The translations under genes and the position numbers were made by a program. Below are positions 55,219 to 64,000 of a stretch of DNA of 64,000 bases, piece by piece. Each line of letters starts with the position of its first letter. Within the stretch, counting starts at the first letter, position 1. Below the pieces are notes generated by a model that had not been told where the DNA came from, made no database searches, and saw nothing but the letters and a program-made list of their open reading frames with translations. This DNA is from a virus. The stretch lies in IMG/VR virus record IMGVR_UViG_3300020042_011666, positions 1 to 64,000 of that record; one strand, written 5' to 3'.

Positions 55219-56078
55219 TGTTCCAAGATTAAATCTACTCGTTGAACCTGAGTATGGGCTTGTAATGTTTTTAGATATCCATTCTGTGCTATGAATTCTC
55301 TTTTACTATCATTTTCATTGTAATACGCGATTTTTTCAGCACAGTCTAATAAATCATCGTATAATATAATATCTTCCCCGTCAATAAACAAATCTTCTAA
55401 CATTGTTTCTTTAGGTAATCGGTCTGTAATTACTAGTTTACCACAAGCCATACCTTCAAATATTCGGCGAGTAATTTCACTCCACCTACTATGTTGAATA
55501 ACCATTTTACCTGAATTAAGGAATTTAGTGTGTTCTTTCCCTTCCCACCCATTTTGATTAATTACTTGTCCTTCATAATGATGGGCTAGCATATCTAGTA
55601 TTTCACTGCTGCCTGCTCCTCTAGAACTAACAGCAATATATTGTGGCTCAGTATTTAAAGAATAATGAATATTAGTATCAGCAAAATGTGTCCACCACAA
55701 GGCATTATAACCTTGTTGGTTATATGCATTTACTGAACGTATATCTGGAGATAAAATTAAATCAAACCAAGGGGCTTTAATTAGGTTTCTAGTAAAGTTT
55801 TGAGGGTCATCTCCTGCCTCCATCACACAAAAAGCACCTGTTTGTCTTAATTTAGATAGTACTGGGGATAAATGTCTACCCCAGTCCATATGCATTATTA
55901 TGTCCGGTTTAGTTTCTAGTAGTTTATATACGTTATCATCGACGTAATTATCGTTATTATCAAACAATGTGTATATAATAGTTTCCCATCCTCTAGATTT
56001 AAATTCATTAACTATTGAAATGGGAGTGCTCCATTTGTCTGTAGGACGGTGGGCAAAAATAAAAGCTATAGTACTCAT
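55194..56078 (-). CDS. GT-B glycosyltransferase (CgeB/Glyco_trans_1_2-like)
   Basis: RIFEGMACG, HT...R. Confidence 0.8.
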   Translation of the reverse strand: MSTIAFIFAHRPTDKWSTPISIVNEFKSRGWETIIYTLFDNNDNYVDDNVYKLLETKPDIIMHMDWGRHLSPVLSKLRQTGAFCVMEAGDDPQNFTRNLIKAPWFDLILSPDIRSVNAYNQQGYNALWWTHFADTNIHYSLNTEPQYIAVSSRGAGSSEILDMLAHHYEGQVINQNGWEGKEHTKFLNSGKMVIQHSRWSEITRRIFEGMACGKLVITDRLPKETMLEDLFIDGEDIILYDDLLDCAEKIAYYNENDSKREFIAQNGYLKTLQAHTQVQRVDLILEQWKNYQSL

Positions 56079-56998
56079 TTTAAAAATGTATTGTTAAACT
56101 GTTCCATTACTTTTTCGGGAGTAAATGCTTGATAACAATTACAATCCCAAGGTGGAATAATAAAATTATCTAGTATGTTACATAATTCTATATAGTTTGA
56201 GTAATAGATTCCTTTATCGCCTAATACTATATTGTGGTTTCGTTCAGGTGAATCTCTATAAGTAATAATAGGTTTTCCTTTAGTAGAAAACTCAGCAATA
56301 GCTAAACCAAAAGTTTCACCTCGCTCACGAGCATGAATCATAGCATCACATGTATTAATAAATGCTACTTTTTCATCTAAATCAACTGTGCTTTCTATAA
56401 AACATATATTATCCTCATCTGTAAATGGAGTTGAATTCATAAACAAAAAAGTAATATCTTTTCGTTTTTTAGCAATATCAACTACTGCTTGACGAGCAAA
56501 AGGTATTTCAAAGTTATCTCCACCATACCATCCTATTACAAGTTGGTTTTCTATTCCTAATTGGGTTCGGTAGTTAAAATTATGGTTAGGGATATTAATC
56601 ATGTAAGGTACAAATGGAAGTTTTCCACCTGACATTTCCTGTGATAACCATTCTGATATGTAAGCATACACATCCCCGTGAGGTTCATTGTGTTTGAATA
56701 CAGCATGAACTAAGTTCTTAGCATTTGGTACTAATTTACCATCATTAAATCCTGCTTTTTGGATATAAAAGGCATCAACATTTTCTTTGCTGATTATATC
56801 TTTTACTTCACTAAAATCATTATATAAAAAAACAGGAAATTGAGCTTTAAATTTATCTAAAGCTGATAAATCGGCTTTGGCATCTGAGATGATTATTGAT
56901 TCATTGCTTAAAATATCTCTATTTCCTAAAGCATAATCATATAAAGAAACCTCAGTACCTCTAATACCTAATTGATTACTGTGAAATGCTATTTTCAT
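56075..56998 (-). CDS. GT4-like glycosyltransferase
   Basis: RGTEVSLYDYA, HARERGETFGLAIAE. Confidence 0.75.
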   Translation of the reverse strand: MKIAFHSNQLGIRGTEVSLYDYALGNRDILSNESIIISDAKADLSALDKFKAQFPVFLYNDFSEVKDIISKENVDAFYIQKAGFNDGKLVPNAKNLVHAVFKHNEPHGDVYAYISEWLSQEMSGGKLPFVPYMINIPNHNFNYRTQLGIENQLVIGWYGGDNFEIPFARQAVVDIAKKRKDITFLFMNSTPFTDEDNICFIESTVDLDEKVAFINTCDAMIHARERGETFGLAIAEFSTKGKPIITYRDSPERNHNIVLGDKGIYYSNYIELCNILDNFIIPPWDCNCYQAFTPEKVMEQFNNTFLK

Positions 56999-57621
56999 AA
57001 TGTTTCGTAGTAGGAGTTCTGTCTTTCCTGTCTTTCGATTGTCTTAGGGTGAATCAAAGATAAAGCATCTACTTCAGGTAAAGCAGTATATTGTTTAAAC
57101 CCAACGATCTTTTCGTGAACTTTATTCTCCCATTTAATCTCTGGGTTGTTTCTATAGACCCTACCTTGATAATCAGGGTAGTTCACTCTTCCGTTCTCTA
57201 CTTTCCAACCCCATTTCTGTATATGCTCCTCGGTGAGACCACTTACGGTATTAATCCTAGGAACATAGTACAGATCAACTTCGGGGTTAGCTTCGAGTAT
57301 CTGATGGAGCAAATCAATAAATTCCTCAGGCAAATACTCGTCAGCATCAATTTGAAAGATAAAATCGCCGGTACAGGATTCAGATAACTTATTTTTCCAA
57401 TTAGCAAAATGACCATCAAAATAACCTTCCTCTAGTCTTATTGTACCTTTAGAATTAAATTCTCGTAAATAGTTAAGAAGATAAGAGGAGGGCTCGTTCT
57501 TACTTAAATCAACTAAAACAACAATTTCATCTTGGGGTTGTTTATATTGCCAAAGATGATTAAGTAGTCTTTGAATCTCTGCAAATTCATTGCAAACTGT
57601 AACGGCGTAACTAACTTTCAT
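56995..57621 (-). CDS. Glycosyltransferase family 2 (copy B)
   Basis: FQIDADE; start moved to MKVSYAV, matching copy A. Confidence 0.85.
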   Translation of the reverse strand: MKVSYAVTVCNEFAEIQRLLNHLWQYKQPQDEIVVLVDLSKNEPSSYLLNYLREFNSKGTIRLEEGYFDGHFANWKNKLSESCTGDFIFQIDADEYLPEEFIDLLHQILEANPEVDLYYVPRINTVSGLTEEHIQKWGWKVENGRVNYPDYQGRVYRNNPEIKWENKVHEKIVGFKQYTALPEVDALSLIHPKTIERQERQNSYYETL

Positions 57622-57622
57622 A

Positions 57623-58081
57623 TTATTCTGGTAATACTTCAATATACGAAAGACATTCCATAAAATCACCTTCTTCAAAATGTTTTATAGTACTCATATC
57701 CATTCTATACTCATAATATTCTCCCTTTTTACCGGGAAGTGGATATTTAGTTTTTTCTTCTTCTTTAACAGGTACGGCTTTAACCGCAGCCCATTTCCAA
57801 TCGTGTTCTGAAACACCATCAGCAAATACCATTCCTTGATTAGGAATGTTTACTACTGAGGGCATCCAAACAATACCTGTTTCCTCTTCCTCGCCCATAA
57901 GTGCTTTATATAAGTCAGGAAGGACAGCTAATTGTTCTTGAAGAAAATCACTATCTACTTTCATCAAAGTATTAGTTTGAAAACCACAGCCATAACAAAA
58001 GTATGTCTGAATTTCAGGAGTAATATCCTGAGTGTAGCAGGCATCCGAGCCGCAGCGTTTACAAATTGTTAAATTGTCCAT
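57623..58081 (-). CDS. Zn-ribbon protein (copy B)
   Basis: CKRC...CYGC. Confidence 0.65.
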   Translation of the reverse strand: MDNLTICKRCGSDACYTQDITPEIQTYFCYGCGFQTNTLMKVDSDFLQEQLAVLPDLYKALMGEEEETGIVWMPSVVNIPNQGMVFADGVSEHDWKWAAVKAVPVKEEEKTKYPLPGKKGEYYEYRMDMSTIKHFEEGDFMECLSYIEVLPE

Positions 58082-58265
58082 GTATGTGTTTTTTATAATT
58101 TTCTAAAGCTTCTAATGATGCTTTTCTTTCTATTACGTTAGTTTTAGATACATAATTATTCATATACTTGCCCAGAAGTCTTTCGTGGGTTAGTTTCTGT
58201 ACCTCTCTCCGGGTACGTTTAAGAAGGTATTTAAAGTTTAAAATAATTGTTATTAAGTCTTTCAT
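58059..58265 (-). CDS. Small basic hypothetical protein (copy B)
   Basis: Paralog of 13258..13455. Confidence 0.65.
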   Translation of the reverse strand: MKDLITIILNFKYLLKRTRREVQKLTHERLLGKYMNNYVSKTNVIERKASLEALENYKKHIHGQFNNL

Positions 58266-59539
58266 TATAGTTTCTTTAATTGAGGTAGTTTAATTTGAAC
58301 TTGAGCTGGAAAATTAGGAACATTTTTGTCTAACATTTTACCTAGTTTTTCTTTCATTTTATCAAACGAAAATTCTGTTTTAGAACGGAATGCTTGACGC
58401 TTAGCTCCATCAGTGTAGTTTTTATAGTTTTCAAACACATCTTTTAAATAATGTCCTATCGTTCCTGTGTCGGGAGAAAACCATTGTGACTCAGCTAAAA
58501 TCATATTTGGTACTACTGCTGTTGGGTGCACATTAGTTAATTGACCTGGAATTAAAGATACAAACTCACCATTAAGATAATCAGTATGTCCTGACCAAGC
58601 TGTAGTGATAATAGGTTTTTTAACTAATGAAAATTCAAGTAATGGACGACCAAAGCCTTCACCCTTAGTTAAATTAACCATTGCTTTTACTTTAGGGTGA
58701 CTATATAATTGGCTAATTTCACTATCACTAAAATCACCGTGCAGTAAGTAAACATTAGGTACGTTTACACTATTAACGCTGGCTCTGATTTGGGCAATTT
58801 TATTTAGAATATCTTCTCGATCCATATATGATGCTCCAGCTCCTGATGTTTTAAGAATCAATGCTGGTTTTTTCATTTTATTTTTAAAGGTTTCATAGAA
58901 GGCTTTAACTAATAAACCAACATTCTTTCTATCCTCACCTACATCACCTTGCAACCAATGTCCTAAAAACAAATAAGCAAAATCTTCTTTAATTGAACTT
59001 AAATCAATATCTTTAACTTTAGATGTTTCTAATGGATAATATTTTTCAATATCTGCTCCTTCAAATAATACTTCAACGGGTTTTTCTAGTTTAATAATAC
59101 GAATTACTTGATTAGATTGTTGATCCTTCTGTTCAAAAGTAGTATTTTCAAATACCTGCTTTGCATGATTAGATGAAACCAAAGTAATATCCATTCTATT
59201 AACTCCATCAATCCATTCTGGAGCACAAACAGTAGTTTCAATACCTGCGGTAAAACCAATATTATATTTTCCAATTGGTTGAAATTCATTAGGTACAGTT
59301 ACCTGAGCCCAAATTTCGGGTTGTTTAGGTAATTGAGGTGTAGTTAACAGGTACTGCTTTAAAAATAACCATTCAACATGGTCTTCAATAAAGTTCCAAG
59401 GTGTATTACCCCAACGTTGTGGCATAATTTTTACCTCATACTTATCTAATTCAATAATTGATTTAACTAAATCACGAGAACGTGAACCATATCCTGAGTA
59501 TGTATCGATTGGGCAACTTATTACAAATAACGGTTTCAT
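58265..59539 (-). CDS. Glycosyltransferase family 4, copy B2
   Basis: KGEGFGRPLLE. Confidence 0.85.
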   Translation of the reverse strand: MKPLFVISCPIDTYSGYGSRSRDLVKSIIELDKYEVKIMPQRWGNTPWNFIEDHVEWLFLKQYLLTTPQLPKQPEIWAQVTVPNEFQPIGKYNIGFTAGIETTVCAPEWIDGVNRMDITLVSSNHAKQVFENTTFEQKDQQSNQVIRIIKLEKPVEVLFEGADIEKYYPLETSKVKDIDLSSIKEDFAYLFLGHWLQGDVGEDRKNVGLLVKAFYETFKNKMKKPALILKTSGAGASYMDREDILNKIAQIRASVNSVNVPNVYLLHGDFSDSEISQLYSHPKVKAMVNLTKGEGFGRPLLEFSLVKKPIITTAWSGHTDYLNGEFVSLIPGQLTNVHPTAVVPNMILAESQWFSPDTGTIGHYLKDVFENYKNYTDGAKRQAFRSKTEFSFDKMKEKLGKMLDKNVPNFPAQVQIKLPQLKKL

Positions 59540-60993
59540 TAATATATTAATTTATGTACAACTTGTTTTTTCTTTTTCTCACCAGCTAAAATTAGCTCGT
59601 ATTTTTCTCTAGGTGTCCAGGTGTTAAATAACTTATCAACACTGTTAATAACTCGTTCACCCATTTTTTCAGCACTTAATCCGCCTTCATCACTCATAGC
59701 CCATTCACGACCTGCTAATCCCCGTCTTTGTCTTTCTTCAAGACTTAAATTGTAAATAGCCTCAATTTGGTCAGCAGCATCTTCGGCTTCACACCTGTCA
59801 TCAAAAATGTAAGGTGTTGGTACTGAACCAACTAGTGAGCGAGATGTTGGGTATACTGGAAAGGCCCACTCGCCATGTTCTTTATAAGTACCTCTATGGT
59901 TTGATGGAAAATTCTTATCAAAATCCATCCATTTACCGTCTTTAACAAAGCGCATTTGGTCTTGCATTCCTCCCGTTACGTTAGCGATAATAGGTTTACC
60001 TGCTAACATAGCTTCAGTTAAACTTAATCCCCAACCTTCATTAGATGTTAATAAAATTTGAGCGTCTGCAATGTTATATATCCAATTTAATTGTTGACTA
60101 CCTGTAGGGCCATCAGTGAATATAACATTACAATAATCCTCAGGACATAGTAATTCAACTACAGCATTTAAATCAGTTCCATTATCATCTACTCGTTGAG
60201 TATGTAATATTAAACAACATTTTTTAGCTTGTTCTTTAGATAATCTATCTACAAAATGCCTAAACGCTAAGATAGTATCTGGAATCTGTTTGCGCCTGAT
60301 GTTTCTTGAGTTAAAGAATAAGACAAAATTATAGTCTGTCCCCTTAAATAGTTGTTTTTTAAAGTCTAAAAATTCTTTAGATTTAAATTCCTCATTAGTT
60401 AAAGGCCTAAAAGTGTTTTGGTTTACACCGTGAGGAACATAATCAATAACTTTGTTTTTAGCTTTATCACCTAAAACCAATTTATTAATGTTTACTGTTT
60501 GTTTTGAAATACCTAACAACGCATCACAAGACTCATAAAAAACCTCATTGTACAATGGTGCTGGGTAGTCATCCCAAATGTTTAAATAAATAATAGGGGT
60601 TGTTTTGCGGATTTCATTTTCAATCTGGAATAACCAAGCCCAATAGCGAGGGTCAGTAATTAAGAAAATAGCATCTGGTTTTTCAATCTGAATTAATTGT
60701 CTTAGCAAGTCGGGATTTCCATACCCGTCAATTGGGTATAAAAATACGCTAGCATCATTAATGCCAATTTGGTTACCTGTATCAACGCTAATGTCAAATT
60801 TTTGACCAGCCTCAGGATGGTTAATAGCTCCACCAACATTCACCCAATTGTAGCGGTGACAAGTGTTAATTACGATTTCACGACCTACGTGAGCTACACC
60901 CGAATGAACTCGAATGTCATCACACATGATCATGATTTTTTTACGTTGGTCTTTTGGGATATAGTATTTATCCACTAATTCTTTATTTGGCAT
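59539..60993 (-). CDS. Glycosyltransferase family 4, copy B1
   Basis: RNIRRKQ, NEGWGLSLTEA. Confidence 0.85.
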   Translation of the reverse strand: MPNKELVDKYYIPKDQRKKIMIMCDDIRVHSGVAHVGREIVINTCHRYNWVNVGGAINHPEAGQKFDISVDTGNQIGINDASVFLYPIDGYGNPDLLRQLIQIEKPDAIFLITDPRYWAWLFQIENEIRKTTPIIYLNIWDDYPAPLYNEVFYESCDALLGISKQTVNINKLVLGDKAKNKVIDYVPHGVNQNTFRPLTNEEFKSKEFLDFKKQLFKGTDYNFVLFFNSRNIRRKQIPDTILAFRHFVDRLSKEQAKKCCLILHTQRVDDNGTDLNAVVELLCPEDYCNVIFTDGPTGSQQLNWIYNIADAQILLTSNEGWGLSLTEAMLAGKPIIANVTGGMQDQMRFVKDGKWMDFDKNFPSNHRGTYKEHGEWAFPVYPTSRSLVGSVPTPYIFDDRCEAEDAADQIEAIYNLSLEERQRRGLAGREWAMSDEGGLSAEKMGERVINSVDKLFNTWTPREKYELILAGEKKKKQVVHKLIY

Positions 60994-61011
60994 AACTGTT
61001 TTTTTAATAAA

Positions 61012-61194
61012 TTACTTTCCTACTGTGGTTTGACTGTGTAATTGTTTTCTAAATTCATCGTCGTTAATATACAAATAAACTGCACGATTAACAAGTTTGT
61101 TTAAAGTAAATTTTCTTTTTACACATTCAATTTTGAAAGACTCAAATAATTCTGTTTTAATTTTTACTGAGGTTAATGATAAATCTTTTTCCAT
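61012..61194 (-). CDS. Ribbon-helix-helix-like DNA-binding protein (copy B)
   Basis: LTSVKI strand plus two helices. Confidence 0.6.
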   Translation of the reverse strand: MEKDLSLTSVKIKTELFESFKIECVKRKFTLNKLVNRAVYLYINDDEFRKQLHSQTTVGK

Positions 61195-61228
61195 AACGTT
61201 ATATTTGTATATAAATATATAATTAGTC

Positions 61229-62170
61229 TTATTCCATTAACTTATCACACAAAGAAGTTTCATTAAATGGGCAAAAAGAACAATGTCGTCCCGGGTTTTT
61301 AGGGTATATTTTTTGTTGTATTTTGCCATCTTTTTCAAAACAATCTTCAATAAATAATTTCATTTCACTTAATGCTTTAGTCATTTTATTTTTACCTGAA
61401 GCAGGAATAAATTCTTGTACTCGCTTAGGGGGAAATAAAGCATTTTCATTTATTTTTCGTCTTACAATAAAATATTGAATGTTTATTTTTTCAACATCAA
61501 TATTAAATTCTTGAGCAAAAAATTGTTTGTATAATATAAGTTGAAATTGTTTTATTTCATCTTTTTTAGCATAGTCATTCCATCCACCTGTACTTGTTTT
61601 AATATCAAAAATATAAAAACTATCATACTTTTCATCATATAAAACAAAATCAAGAAACCCTTTATACAGTACTGAAGGGTATTCAGGGTGTGGGGTAATT
61701 ACAAGAGGAAGTTCAATTCCCACTAAATGCCATCCTCGTTTACTAAAATATGAGGATCTATTCTTTTTAACATATTCTAAAATAGCAACGCCATCCTCAT
61801 AAAACTCATTTAATTCCTCTGATGTAGCAAAATGTTTATCGTCATTAGCCTTTTTTTCATCTGAGTAGTGAAATATTAATCCCTCATATAGTTTATCATT
61901 TAAATCTATTTTATCAGCAACCGTTCCTGCTACTTCGTACATGACTTTTAACCAGTCTTGAACCGTTTCATGAAATGCCTTACCAAATACAGTATGGATA
62001 GAAGGTTTGTATGTTTTATTCTTATCTTTATAAGTAAGTGCCCATTTATAATGGCAAGTCTTATACATTGAAAATTGACTATACGATACCGAATTATTTT
62101 CTGAGTAGTCAATAACCTTAGGAGTGTGTTTTTTTATCTCCTTGAGTATTTTAGGTAACTTTTTAGCCAT
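61229..62170 (-). CDS. Cas4/AddB-like PD-(D/E)xK exonuclease (copy B)
   Basis: SYSQ...C, GFLD, DIKT, QLILY, CSFCPF...C. Confidence 0.85.
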   Translation of the reverse strand: MAKKLPKILKEIKKHTPKVIDYSENNSVSYSQFSMYKTCHYKWALTYKDKNKTYKPSIHTVFGKAFHETVQDWLKVMYEVAGTVADKIDLNDKLYEGLIFHYSDEKKANDDKHFATSEELNEFYEDGVAILEYVKKNRSSYFSKRGWHLVGIELPLVITPHPEYPSVLYKGFLDFVLYDEKYDSFYIFDIKTSTGGWNDYAKKDEIKQFQLILYKQFFAQEFNIDVEKINIQYFIVRRKINENALFPPKRVQEFIPASGKNKMTKALSEMKLFIEDCFEKDGKIQQKIYPKNPGRHCSFCPFNETSLCDKLME

Positions 62171-62604
62171 TACTTTAATTCTTTAACTAGCTTTTTGATT
62201 TCTTTTTCATTAATTCCCATTCCACTTAAAATACTTTCAACCCCTGTTTTATCTAATAGGGTTGAGTACTCTTCGGCTTCACCTAAGGAACATGAAAAAT
62301 AATCAGCAAGTTTAGCTACTAATTCATCATTAGGACTTGTGTAATTACTTTTTACATACTTGAAAAATATTTTCTTTTTCGGCAACATACTTTTATACAG
62401 CAAATAAATTTTTTTCTTTTCGGTATATGGGATTTTTTGTACTATATTAACTAAATCAACATACGGTTCATACATAGAAATAAATCTATGAATTATGTAA
62501 GGATTAAAGGACTCTCTATCATTTTCTTCAAAAGAGTCCCAATCCTGTTTTCCTATGGTAATATTATCTAGCCAATTAAATAATGTGATCGGCATATTCC
62601 TCAC
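62170..62604 (-). CDS. Clamp loader small subunit (T4 gp62-like)
   Basis: LFNWL..I, FNPYIIHRFISM, KKKIFFKYVK, ADYFSCS..EA..Y. Confidence 0.7.
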   Translation of the reverse strand: MRNMPITLFNWLDNITIGKQDWDSFEENDRESFNPYIIHRFISMYEPYVDLVNIVQKIPYTEKKKIYLLYKSMLPKKKIFFKYVKSNYTSPNDELVAKLADYFSCSLGEAEEYSTLLDKTGVESILSGMGINEKEIKKLVKELK

Positions 62605-62818
62605 GTAGGTCTTTAGGTACCATTCCCTCTAGCATTTTTCCTGTTTGTGGGTCAAAAAATACAGGGATAGGAACAATAGCATCATCAGGAGTTCCAGCAA
62701 TAAATTTGCTTACTTTACGTAAAATAACTCCTTCTTGCCATACTGGAGAACCACTTGCAGTGTGTAATCCGGTTGTGGCTTTCAAGTCAAAATTCATTTT
62801 TAATTCGGGTTGTTTCAT
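62576..62818 (-). CDS. Conserved hypothetical protein (copy B)
   Basis: Paralog of 17622..17867. Confidence 0.7.
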   Translation of the reverse strand: MKQPELKMNFDLKATTGLHTASGSPVWQEGVILRKVSKFIAGTPDDAIVPIPVFFDPQTGKMLEGMVPKDLREEYADHII

Positions 62819-62821
62819 TTT

Positions 62822-63019
62822 TTATTTATTTATAGGTTCAAATTCAATATCATCTACTTTTCGGCAAAAGTAAAAATCATTATTATCTTTTAATACAGTA
62901 TCACACATCCACATGTCTTTTAAAGCATCAATCATTTCTTTATCTTCCCGTTTAAATGTTAATTTACGAAAAGGAACATACAAAACCCCATCTTTATTAA
63001 ACATTTTTGGCAATATCAT
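62822..63019 (-). CDS. Hypothetical protein
   Basis: Resembles 18021..18329. Confidence 0.55.
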   Translation of the reverse strand: MILPKMFNKDGVLYVPFRKLTFKREDKEMIDALKDMWMCDTVLKDNNDFYFCRKVDDIEFEPINK

Positions 63020-63951
63020 ATTACTTGTTTCTTAGAAATTACTGATAAGATTTGGGAGATACAGGACATTATATTAATTTCTTTATCTACCCTAAATCCT
63101 GCTTGATATTGCATTTCGGATAAAGTAATAATTATTTCACCTTCTCTACCACTAGCATACTCATTTATTTCTTCAAATAAAAATCTAAATAAATCATCAT
63201 AATCATTTACTCCTGAATTAGCAATTATTTGTCTAATTTGGGTGAATGATGTTTGGGTAGGTTTCTTTAAAATATTAAGTACTTGACTTTGATAAGTATT
63301 AGATACTAATAATGTAGAATCAAGTTTTAATGTATTATCAATAGTAGATGATTGACATACATTAAGTGTTTTACGCAAATCAGGATAATATTTGTTAATA
63401 ATAACAACTAGATCCTTAATGTCATAGTTAATTCCTTCACTATCTAAAACCGAGGCAACGTGGCGAGCGGAATCTGATTTGTTAGGGGGTATAATTTTTA
63501 AAACATGACATCGTGATTGGAGGGGATCAATAATACGTTCAACATAATTACAAGTTAAAATAAATCTTGTAGTACGTGAAAACGTTTCAATTATATTCCT
63601 TAAGGATGCTTGTGCTTGAATTGTTAAAAAATCAGCCTCATCTAATATAATCACTTTAAGTGGTTTAAATGAGGCTGTGCTAGCAAATGATTGTACTTTA
63701 TCTCTAATTGTATCAATACCTCTTTCATCACTAGCATTAATATATAGGTAGTCACAATCAATTTTAGATACAATAAGTTTAGCTAGTGTAGTTTTACCTG
63801 TACCTGCAGGGCCATAGAAGATAAAGTTTTGGATATCGTTTTGGTCTAAGTATTGTTGGATAATAGCTTTAACACTTTCATTACCAACATAATTAGCTAA
63901 TTCACTTGGACGATATTTTTCAACTAATAAAGTATGTTCTCGTTTATTCAT
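63016..63951 (-). CDS. Clamp loader AAA+ subunit (RFC small subunit / T4 gp44-like)
   Basis: [32 protein letters not shown]. Confidence 0.93.
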   Translation of the reverse strand: MNKREHTLLVEKYRPSELANYVGNESVKAIIQQYLDQNDIQNFIFYGPAGTGKTTLAKLIVSKIDCDYLYINASDERGIDTIRDKVQSFASTASFKPLKVIILDEADFLTIQAQASLRNIIETFSRTTRFILTCNYVERIIDPLQSRCHVLKIIPPNKSDSARHVASVLDSEGINYDIKDLVVIINKYYPDLRKTLNVCQSSTIDNTLKLDSTLLVSNTYQSQVLNILKKPTQTSFTQIRQIIANSGVNDYDDLFRFLFEEINEYASGREGEIIITLSEMQYQAGFRVDKEINIMSCISQILSVISKKQVI

Positions 63952-64000
63952 CTTCCCCGTAAATGTTATATGTTTTAGGTTTTACCTCAGAATTTTCTTC
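63944..64000 (-). CDS. C-terminal end of a hypothetical protein (starts outside the window)
   Basis: [18 protein letters not shown], similar to the C-terminus of 17864..18130. Confidence 0.55.
   Translation of the reverse strand, partial: EENSEVKPKTYNIYGEDE

Larger units (their letters stand above)
56995..64000 (-). repeat. Diverged second copy of the 12184-18329 gene module
   Basis: Ten paralog pairs; exact 63-nt (12421-12483 = 57232-57294) and 48-nt (13361-13408 = 58171-58218) matches. Confidence 0.9.

Noticed and set aside
12184-57375. Near-identical GT2 3' halves as a diversity-generating retroelement TR/VR pair
   Set aside because: Mismatches are not adenine-specific, both copies are in intact paralogous genes, and no reverse transcriptase is in the window
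3165-60978. All plus-strand ORFs and short minus-strand ORFs nested in other frames
   Set aside because: They are shadows of well-supported minus-strand genes or tRNAs and have no recognisable motifs
16474-62170. Cas4-like genes as part of a CRISPR-Cas system
   Set aside because: No repeat-spacer array and no cas1/cas2 or effector genes seen; solo Cas4-like nucleases are common in phages
1-64000. Bacterial chromosome (LPS locus plus housekeeping genes)
   Set aside because: Single-strand dense layout, holin-endolysin, gp62/RFC-like loader, PolA without a 5' nuclease domain and many tiny ORFs fit a phage; no ribosomal or central metabolic operons. Caveat: no capsid or terminase gene is inside the window
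1-64000. Stop-codon reassignment (code 15 or 4), as in some large phages
   Set aside because: GroEL, PolA, QueC, RFC and others translate full-length in the standard code; no suppressor tRNA seen

Overview
A 64-kb piece of what is most likely a large (jumbo-type) tailed dsDNA phage of a Bacteroidota host. All credible genes lie on the minus strand, densely packed, in the standard genetic code. Host evidence: 11 copies of a TTG-N19/20-TAnnTT promoter, no Shine-Dalgarno sites, Gln at +1 after signal peptides, and a T9SS C-terminal sorting domain. Contents, left to right: (1) 1-16.2 kb, a glycan and nucleotide-sugar cluster (GT2/GT4/GT7/GT9-like enzymes, methyltransferases, GMD, C-methyltransferase, kinase-aldolase fusion); (2) 16.2-29.6 kb, Cas4-like nuclease, GroEL/GroES, IscA/IscU, family A DNA polymerase, dUTPase-like enzyme, purine PRTase, secreted nuclease, QueE/QueD/thioredoxin/QueC; (3) 29.7-37.3 kb, small variable ORFs with a duplicated SGNH hydrolase + basic peptide unit and tRNA-Leu; (4) 37.7-47 kb, GH19 endolysin and holin, preceded by an operon of about 10 envelope genes (T9SS-tagged cohesin/dockerin protein, a second dockerin protein, two CsgG-like proteins, a probable outer-membrane beta-barrel, a beta-hairpin/coiled-coil protein, a secreted zincin); (5) tRNA-Glu, tRNA-fMet, a putative ncRNA, an SLT transglycosylase and regulators; (6) 52-64 kb, a second glycosyltransferase cluster and a diverged second copy of the 12-18 kb module, with clamp-loader genes. 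Best candidates for an undescribed system: the phage-encoded surface/outer-membrane apparatus at 38.8-47 kb, and a possible PRTase/polymerase route for putting 7-deazaguanine into DNA. All product calls come from motifs recognised by eye; no database search was run.
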